From assembly GCF_004010195.1 (NCBI RefSeq), contig NC_057718.1:83090215-83121326 (forward strand): a DNA stretch of 31,112 bases. Reading direction: 5' to 3'. Origin of the DNA: Chiloscyllium plagiosum. Its lineage: Eukaryota. Within the stretch, counting starts at the first letter, position 1. Each line of letters begins with the position of its first letter. The notes beneath the pieces are model-generated. The model was not told where the DNA came from. It did not search any database and saw only the letters and a list, made by a program, of their open reading frames with translations. Made by a program: the position numbers and the translations under genes. Shown piece after piece: positions 22,940 to 31,112 of this stretch.

Positions 22940-23594
22940 ACCAAGCACAGGAGTTGGGAGGTCACATTGGGCTGTACAGGACATTGGTTAGGCCATTTTT
23001 GGCATATTGTGTGCCATTTTGTCTCCCTCCTATCAGGAGGACGTTGTGAAATTTGAGGAGGTTTGGGAGAGAGTTAAGGGCTTGAGAATTTGAGCTATAG
23101 GAGAGGTTGAATAGGCAGGGTTTGTTTTCCCTAGAGTGCCAGAGCCTGAAGGGTGACCTTAGAGGTTTTAAAATCATGAGGGGCGTGGATAGGGTAAACA
23201 TACGTGGTCTTTTCCCTGGGGAGGTAAGAGTCCAGAACTAAAAGGCATAGGTTTAAGGTGAGGGGAAAGGTTTAAAAAGAGGCATTTTCTTCTTGCAGGG
23301 GGTGGAGGGTGTATGGAATGAGCTGCCAGAGAGTGGGGAGACTGGTAAAATTACATTTAAAATGGCATCTGGATGGGTATAGGAATGGGAAGAGTTTAAA
23401 ATAATACTGAGTGCTGCACACTGCTCCCAGTCCGCTTCACAACAAGACTGAGTGCTAAACAATTGTCCCAGTTTAGAGGGATGTAGGCCAAGTGCTGACA
23501 AATGGGACTAGATTAGTTTATGATATCTAGTTGACATGGACAAGTTTAACAGAAGGGTCTGTTTCTGAGCTGTACGTCACTATGACTTTATGAC
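22940..23594 (+). mobile_element. CR1 3' fragment with a 71-bp insertion
   Basis: LYRTLVRPFLAYCVPF motif, CR1 3' UTR and tail. Confidence 0.88.
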
Positions 23595-23962
23595 CCTTCC
23601 TCAGAACTTGGAAAAAGGCCAGTTTTTTCAGCTTTTGCTTAAACTAGGTAACAGGGGAATTTAAGGTGAAAGGGACTAAATGTGCAAATTTGACAGCACT
23701 TTTCCAGCTTGACTTTGCACACAATCTCTACACTCTCTCTGGACACAAGCATTCCGTTATGAACTTAACATCTCAATCACACAGGTCCCATCCTAAACTG
23801 TCACTCATGATCTTTACCCCACCCTGCACCTGGTATAAGATAGTAGGAACCCTTCTCCAGTTTACTGCTGCAAAAAAAAAATCTTCCAGTGTTTAATTAT
23901 ATCAGATGTTCCAGGTCTGTTCAATAATTATTTTTTCAAATATGGCTGCCCATCCTCCTGGA

Positions 23963-24132
23963 GGGGAAGCAAGGACCACAGATGCTGGAAAAGTACAGCA
24001 GGTCAGGCAGCATCCATGGAGCAGGAAAAAAAAATCAACATTTCAGGCATAAGGCCTTCATCAAGGCTTATGCCTGAAATGTCAGTTTTCCTGCTCCGTG
24101 GATGCTGTCTGACCTGATGTGCTTTTCCTGCT
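23963..24132. mobile_element. Older fold-back mini-element (same family as 2478-2759) in cystatin intron 1
   Basis: Imperfect inverted arms around a centre near 24055-24064. TSD CATCCT(C/T)CTGGA (23951-23962, 24133-24144). Confidence 0.85.
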
Positions 24133-24559
24133 CATCCTTCTGGATGATCCCAGAAAGAAAGTTCAACCACAGCGACAAGCAACCAAATAATCATCCCTCC
24201 CCCTCATTTTGTAAATTCAGTGGGGAGAAAAATCCTGTTTCGTTAACAGGACAATTGGCGGTAGGAGTCATATGGTGAAACTTCCAGAAGGAAGTTTAGC
24301 TGGAGCTAGCAATTCCTCTACCAAGAGATTTCTTTTTAATTGGATGTTGCTATTGATCAATTTCTTTTGCCGCAGTGCACAAACTACTTCAAAGATACTT
24401 TGTTGATAGTGAAGCTAATGATTTGGTCCCTACCACAAACCCTGTTCACTGACTAGCATTTCAAAAATGAGGAATGACAGATCATTCACAACCTCTGCTA
24501 CATGAGCCAGCAAGCTTCACACAAACCTTTCTTCAGTTTATTCATACTGTTTTTTTTCT

Positions 24560-25020
24560 CCCCTAGATTCCACTATTCTCATGGTTTAGTGTACAGACTT
24601 CTATCCTTCTGCACATTCAAAATCCCCATTAAATGCATTTAACTTGCATGCATCACTCCCACATTTCTGGTTATCCATTCACTCCTCATGCAACAACACC
24701 TCAATGTCAAAATTCTACAGCCCTTGTTTACAAGTTCCCTTCATGTCTCTTTTCTGTAACCCTCCAAAGCCAGTCTATCAACACCTCAAATTGTGATCTC
24801 CAAATTTTAACTGATTCGTTATTGAAACCTATGCCTTCAGCTATTTGGGTTATAAGCTCTTGAATTCCCTCCCAAACCGTTTCTACGTTTTTCCTCATCC
24901 TACAGGATCCTCCTCAAAACCTCATCTTCAGTCAAGGCTTTGGCCATCTGTCTTAACATCCTCTGTGGCGCCCTACCTGTTAATAACGATATTTATATTA
25001 AAGTGAACTACTATCTAATT
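24560..25020 (+). mobile_element. Old L2-like LINE 3' remnant
   Basis: GCCTTCAGCTAT...CTCTTGAATTCCCTCCC...CTCCTCAAAACC (AFS...LWNSLP...LKT pattern). Confidence 0.5.
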
Positions 25021-25202
25021 GGCATTCACCACACGACACAACACTTTTTCTTTCGGTATTTGCAAGGGGTTGTCAAACTTTCCTCATGGTCTCGGCCAAG
25101 TATCATCACCCCCCAAATCCTCGAGATCTCCATTCCGTGGAGTCGTCGAACACCTCTCTTTCCCCCAGGGTTAGGTGAGTAGTGTTAGCCCCCCCCAATT
25201 AC

Positions 25203-25412
25203 CTGCTGCTTGGCCGACAGGATCCTCACCACCTTGCTGGCGAACATGTCGTTGGACGCCTTGTTGTACTCGCTCACGGCGAAGTGCACGGCTTTCTGCA
25301 GCTCGGGGTCGTCCGGGGACACATCCTCGGGCGCGCCCACAAGCTTCTGCCGCGAGCCACACGCCTGCGCGGGTGCGGCCAGCAACACGCAGAGCACGAG
25401 CCAGGTAAACAT
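25203..25412 (-). CDS. cst3: Type 2 cystatin (cystatin C-like), exon 1 with signal peptide
   Basis: MFTWLVLCVLLAAPAQA signal, LVGAP (conserved Gly), AVSEYNKASNDMF close to the cystatin C motif, ends AKQQ at a GTAATT donor, 210 nt. Confidence 0.95.
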
Positions 25413-25561
25413 CCCGCACCCTTTCAAACCCCAACGGTCAGCACAGCACACAGCCTCGCGCTGGGCTCTACAGGGAATAGAGACTCACAGGCAACCAATC
25501 CGGATGCTGCGGTAGAGACCGTCAGCGACAGTTTCCGGTAGGACTTCCGTTGTTCGGAAAT
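25413..25561 (-). promoter_or_regulatory. Cystatin 5' UTR and proximal promoter in a CpG island
   Basis: CpG-rich about 25140-25560 in a CpG-poor window. CCAAT at 25495-25499, ETS-like TTCCGG (25533-25538) and ACTTCCG (25543-25549). No clear TATA box. Confidence 0.55.
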
Positions 25562-27660
25562 AGCTGGAAAAGTACAGCGGGTAAGGCAGCGTTCGAGTCG
25601 ACTGTTTGGGCATAAGGCCTTCAGTTTAGATTTCCTACAATTTGGAGACAGTCCCAACCAGTCTACACTGACCCTCCGAAGAGTAACCCACCCAGACCCC
25701 ATTACCCTCTGACTAATGCACCTAACACTATGGGACAATTGAGCATGGCCAATTCACCTGACCTGCACAGCTTTGGACTGTGAAAGGAAACAACGAAGAA
25801 ACCCACGCAGACACGGGGAGAATGTGCAAACTCCACACAGACAGTCAGCCAAAGCAGGAATCAAATCTGGGTCCCTGGTACTGCGAGGCAACTGTGCTAA
25901 TCACTGAGCCACCATGCTGCCCCTAATCCCCTTCATCAGGAATGTGGAGCAGGAAAGGGGCTGAGAGATAAATAGAGGGGGGAGGGGGGGGTAGGATAGT
26001 TGGGGGGATAATTAGGATAGGACCATGGCGAGGGTGGACCCCATAGGTGGGGAGGAAGATGGACAAGTGAAAAGGACGGTGCTGAGTTGAAGGGCTGGAT
26101 TTGGGATGAGCTGGAGGCCAGGGGAGGTTTGGGAAACTAGTGAAGTCAGTGTTGATGCCATGTGGTTGAAGGGTCTCATTTGCCGAGTGGCTTTGATTTG
26201 ACAGTGGAGAAGGCCCAGGATTTGCATGTCCTTGAGGGAGTGGGAATGGGAGAGGGAGTTGAAGTGGTTGGCCACAGGGCAGTGAGGTTATTTAGTGCAT
26301 GTGTCCCAGCGATGCTCTCTGAAACATTCCATGAGTTGGCATCCTGTCTCCCCAACTTGGAGGAGACCACATTGAGAGCAACAGACTCAGTAGATAAGGT
26401 GGATGGATGTGCAGGAAAATCTCTGCTGTGAAAAGATCTTTTGGGTCCGTGGATGGAGGTGAGGGGGCAGTTGTGGATGCAGGTTTTACAGCTCATGTGG
26501 CGGCAAAGGAAGATGCTGAGTGTGGAGGATGGGTTGATGGGGGAGGAACAAAGGAGTCACAGAGGGAATGGTCTCTGTGGAACGCAAATAGGGATGGGGA
26601 GGGAAATAAAACTTTGGTGGTGGGGTCTGAGTGTAGGTGGCGGAAATGGTGACGTATCTAGAGATTAGTGGGGTGAGAGGTAAGGACTGGAAGGTTCAAT
26701 CCTTGTTGTGGTTGAAGAGGTAGGGTTCAGGGGCAGAGGTTAGGAAGTGGAGGAGATGTGCTGGAGGGCATTATTGGTCATGTGGGAGAGGAAATTGCAG
26801 TCTTTGAAATAGAAGGTCATCTGGAATGCCTTGGAGTGGAATTGCAGAGGTGGAGTAATTGGGAGTAAGGGATCGTGTTTTTACAGGGGTCCGGGTGGAG
26901 TGGTTGGGAAGGGGTTGCAGTCTAGGTAGCTGTGGGAGTCGGTAGGTTTGAAATAGATGTCTGTGTTGAGTCAGTGGCCGGAGACGGAGAGGTACAGGAA
27001 GGAGAGGGAGGTGTCGAATATTGGCAATGTAAACTTGAGGTCAGAGTGGAAGGTATTGGTGAAGTTGATTCAACTTCCTCTTGGGAGCACAAGGCAGCAC
27101 TAATGCAGTCATCGATGTTGCAGAGGTAAAGGTGAGGGATGGTGCCGGTGTAACTATGAAAGATGGTCTGTTCCACATACCCTACAAAGAGACAGGCGTA
27201 GATGGCTTTTCCACATACCCCACAAAGAGACAGGCCATGCGGGTGCCCATGGCTACCCTTCTGTCTGTAGGAAGTGGGAGGATTCAGAGAAGAAGTTATT
27301 GAGGATGGGGACCAGTTCTGTCAATTGCATTAGTGTGCCAGTGGAAGGAGACTGGTTAGGTCGACAGAAGTGGAAGAAACAGAGGACTTGTAGGCCTTCA
27401 CCGTGGGGGATGGACATATATAGGGACTGGATGTCCATGATGAAGATGAGGTGTTGGGGGCCAGGGATTCCAAAATCATGGAGGTGGCTGGAGGGCATGG
27501 TTAGTATCCCAAACATATATGGGGAGTTCCTGAACCAACGGGAACAGGACAGAGTCGAGATATGAGGAGATGAGTTTGGTGGGGCAGGAGCAGATGGAGA
27601 CAATAGGTTGACTAGAGCAATCAGGTTTGGGAATGGGTTGAGTTTGATAGGGGAGAATGT
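25562..27660 (-). mobile_element. Degenerate Penelope-like retroelement (RT, GIY-YIG, terminal hammerhead repeat)
   Basis: RT motifs FIMDIQSLYMSIPH, LNNF.....HFLQ..GVAMGT, NIDD. GIY-YIG C-terminal ANHFNS..HS. Terminal repeat at 25562-25623 and 25930-25943. Confidence 0.88.
25624..25929 (-). mobile_element. V-SINE (HE1-like) inserted in the Penelope hammerhead
   Basis: Reverse-complement homolog of 11956-12286. TSD CCTTCA (25618-25623, 25930-25935). Confidence 0.9.
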
Positions 27661-27767
27661 CATGATGACTTCATCACAGGAACATTTGTGCCAAGAGAAG
27701 GGGCTGTTTGTAAAGTCAACCCCGAAAACAATGCTGCCACATTCCAGAAAATAAGCAGCTAAAGCAC

Positions 27768-28600
27768 ATAGTCATAGAGATTTACAGCACGGAAACAGAC
27801 CCTTCGGTCAAACTGTTCCATGTCAACCAGGTACCCTAACCTAATCGAGTCCCATTTGGTGCATATCCCTCTAAATCCTTCCCATTCATTTACCCATCCA
27901 AATGCATTTTAAATGTTGTAATTCTACCAGTCTCCAACACTTCCTCTGTTAGCCCATTCCACATACACACCACTATCTGCTTGAAAAAGTTGCCCCTTAG
28001 GACCGTTTAAATTTTTTCCCCTCTCACTCTAAACCTATGCCTACTTCTGGATTCCCCCACACTAGAAAAAAGACCTTGTCTATTTACCATATCCATGCCC
28101 CTCATGATTTTATAATCCTCCATAAGGTCATCCCTCAGCCTCTGGCATTACAGGGAAAACAGCCCCAGCCTAATCAAGCCTCTCCCCCTAGCTCAAATCC
28201 TCCAACCCTGGCAACATCTTTGTAAATCTTTTCTGAACCCTTTCAAGTTTCACAATATCCTTCCAATAGGAGGGAGACCAGCATTACACACGATATTCCA
28301 AAAGTGGCCTAACCAATGTCTTGTACAGCCGCAATATGACCTCCCAACTCCTTACTCAGTGCTCTGACTAATAAAGGAAAGCATACCAAATTTATTCTTC
28401 ACTATCCCATCTACCTGCAACTCCACTTTCAAGGAACTATGAACTTGCACTCCAAGGTCTCTTTGTTCAGCAACACTCCCCAGGACTTTACCATTAAGCT
28501 TATAAGTCCTGGTCTGATTTGCCTTTGCAAAATGCAGCACCTCATATTTATCTAAATTAAACTCCATCTGTCACTCCTCAGCCCATTGGCCCATCTGATC
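27768..28600 (-). mobile_element. CR1 3' fragment
   Basis: Minus ORF MEFNLDKYEVLHF...QRDLGVQVHSSLKV and CR1 3' UTR. Confidence 0.9.
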
Positions 28601-28709
28601 ATCTCCTCATTACAAAAGGAGTGCAGGAGCAGAGGGACTTGGCTGTGCATTTATCTGCAAAAATGATTGAAGGTAGCTGAGCTGGTTGAAAAAGCTATTA
28701 ATGAAATCC

Positions 28710-29720
28710 TGTAATCTTGTATAAGTAAGATATGCCTTTGGTTTGATTGTTGAGTAGTGTCAGACTCCCATATATATCGAATAAAGTATATTTTGAAATT
28801 GAAAAAACATTAACAAAATCTGACCAGGCAGCAGAGGCTGACAAGTCATAGCCTCCCTGGACATGGATGACATTGCCGTTTCCTGCTCGGAACTACGGAC
28901 AATGTGCAGACTCATGAGCATTTGCAACCAGTTCAAACTGACCTTGGGTGGAGAGGGTGGATCCTGTCAGGTTGTTCCCTGAGCAGACTGTCAAAGTTAT
29001 TTGGCAGAATGCCTCATCACCAGAACTTTCCAACAAACACCAAGACATCGATTGGCTGGAGGTCAGAAGGGCACTAGCTATGAGATCCTTCTAAGTCCGA
29101 ACTCTGTTCCACCATATGCTGCCTTCGAGGTGGCTGCAGGGGGATACAGACTGTTACACATTTCCTTCTGGAATGTGCCTTTGCAAAATAAGGCTGGAGA
29201 GAAATGCAGGGTTTTTGTTGAGGTTCATCCCGATCAGCACCATGACTCAGGATGCTGCGGTCTATGGCTGTTCCCCGGGATGCACACCAAAACGAAGACA
29301 ATCAAAAATCAAAGAGTAATATCAACTTAGAGAAAGGCACACTTTGGTCTGCCCAACATTTGTTGGTCATCCAGAGCAAGGAATTGACCCCAATTGAGTG
29401 TTGCAGACTGGCACATTCCAAGGTCCAGGGCTAGTTGGTGCGAGTGTACTTAAGCTTGGGGCAGCTGCCGCCAAAGTGCAGTGAGGAAAGGTCTTTCAGC
29501 CAATGTTACATAGGGGTCCATTCAGTTATTGGACCCCCACCCCAGGTGCCTCAAATATATATGAATATAATCTTGTACAAGTAAGGGATTTCTTTGGTTT
29601 ATTTGTTGGATGCAGTCAAACTCCACTGCTTAATTTTTCATATGCTACTGTACAGAACTGAACTGCTTCAGTGACTATATAAAGATATTTTTACGAATAA
29701 GGTATATTTTTAAAATTATA
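28710..29720 (+). mobile_element. Tx1/L1-clade LINE 3' fragment preceded by a second copy of its 3' UTR
   Basis: CCHC knuckle CLRGGCRGIQTVTHFLLEC (29120-29176). 3' UTR motifs TAATCTTGTA.AAGTAAG...CGAATAA.GTATATTTT occur at about 28713-28800 and 29568-29718. Confidence 0.7.
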
Positions 29721-29744
29721 AGAATTAATGAAGCATGCAGGATC

Positions 29745-30345
29745 TCAGGTTTTATAAGTAGAGGAATTATGAAAAGGAAGTTAATTTATGTAAACCCCTA
29801 GTTTACCATTAATGAGTGTATCAAATCTAATTCTGGGCACCATGTTGTGAGGACTCAAAGAGCCTGCAGAAAAGACTCATGAGGATCTTTGCAGGGATGA
29901 CAAACTTCAGCCATGTTTGTTGATTGAAGAACCTGGGGCTATTCTCCTCAGTGTAGAAAGTCCCTGTATTCAGACAAGATTTGTTCAAAGGTATTCAAAA
30001 TCATAAGAGGTCTGAACAAAGCTAGGGAGAAATTGTTTCCATGGTGAAAGAGTCAAGAACCAGGTGACACTAATTTAAGCAGCATTGACATGAGGAAACA
30101 CTTGTTTATGCAAGATGTGGTTAGGGTCTGGAAAGCTCTGACCAAAAGATGGAGATAAACTCAAATGAGGTCTGTAACCATTCCACTGTTCCACAATTCC
30201 ACAAATATCGATTAGTCCTGAGACACGTAAAGATAAATTTGGATACATAATATACCTTTTTAAACACAATGATTGCCATTTTGATCTCAAAATGGCATCT
30301 ACAGCACATGCGTAGAAGTGTGTAGAGTAGGCAAATCATGAGATC
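29745..30345 (+). mobile_element. Old CR1 remnant, continuing from 28600-28710
   Basis: Degenerate TTCTGGGCACCA (FWAP), CTGGGGCTATTCTCC (LGLFS), GTCTGGAAAGCTCTG. Confidence 0.6.
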
Positions 30346-30415
30346 ACTCTGTGTAATATTGATTTTAATACCACAGAAGAGCTCAACTCTCCAGTTAATA
30401 CCCATTTTATCTTCT

Positions 30416-31112
30416 GGATCAGAGGTGCTGGAAGAGCACAGCAATTCAGACAGCATCCGAGGACAGGCAAAATCGACGTTTCGGGCAAAAGCCCTTCATC
30501 AGGAATAAAGGCAGAGAGCCTGAAGCGTGGAGAGATAAGCTAGAGGAGGGTGGGGGTGGGGATAGAGTAGCATAGAGTACAATAGGTGAGTGGGGGAGGA
30601 GATGAAGGTGATAGGTCAGGGAGGAGAGGGTGGAGTGGATAGGTGGAAAAGAAGCTGGGCAGGTCGGACAAGTCCGGACAGGTCAAGGGGACAGTGCGGA
30701 GCTGCAAGTTTGAAACTAGGATGAGGTGGGGGAAGGGGAAATGAGGAAACTGTTAAAATCCACATTGATGCCCTGGGGTTGAAGTGTTCCAAGGCGGAAG
30801 ATGAGGCGTTCTTCCTCCAGGCATCTGGTGGTGAGGGAGTGGCGGTGAAGGAGGCCCAGGACTTCCATGTCCTCGGCAGAGTGGGAGGGAAAGTTGAAAT
30901 GTTGGGCCACAGGGCGGTGTGGTTGATTGGTGCGGGTGTCCCGGAGATGTTCCCTAAAGCGCTCTGCTAGGAGGCACCCAGTCTCCCCAATGTAGAGGAG
31001 ACCGCATCGGGAGCAACGGATACAATAAATGACATTAGTGGATGTGCAGGTAAAACTTTGATGGATGTGGAAAGCTCCTTTGGGGCCTTGGATAGAAGTG
31101 AGGGAGGAGGTG
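30416..31112 (-). mobile_element. Young Penelope-like element 3' end, runs off the window
   Basis: Uninterrupted frame 31111-30716: FTCTSTNVIYCIRCSRCGLLYIGETG...ERFREH...AQHFN...EERLIFRLGTLQPQGIN (GIY-YIG endonuclease), then 3' UTR and hammerhead-bearing terminus. Confidence 0.93.
30473..30504 (-). ncRNA. Putative minimal hammerhead ribozyme in the Penelope terminus
   Basis: Minus strand reads CTGATGA-A-GGGC-TTTT-GCCC-GAAA-CGTC. Helix I is weak. Confidence 0.62.

Noticed and set aside
25171..25541. Several overlapping ORFs on both strands around cystatin exon 1
   Set aside because: By-products of the GC-rich exon. Only the minus frame from ATG 25412 has cystatin motifs and a splice donor.

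Overview
Eukaryotic, repeat-dense genomic DNA, most likely from a cartilaginous fish (shark), judged from elasmobranch-type V-SINEs, a DeuSINE and the CR1, Penelope, Rex1 and Tx1 LINE content. One host gene is present: a complete three-exon type 2 cystatin (cystatin C-like) on the minus strand (exons 25412-25203, 20665-20558, 14102-14013; 135 aa) with an AW instead of the canonical PW loop, plus a possible degenerate second exon 3 about 4 kb downstream. The window opens with the 3' end of a defective endogenous retrovirus (frameshifted env, polypurine tract, 641-bp 3' LTR). The most unusual signal is a set of short, TSD-flanked, fold-back elements related to Penelope termini that carry minimal hammerhead ribozyme motifs. 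The youngest has perfect 97-bp arms, and its loop is built from two pieces copied from flanking DNA 200-270 bp away. Repeat family names come from motif recognition only, and repeat boundaries are approximate unless a TSD or TIR is given.
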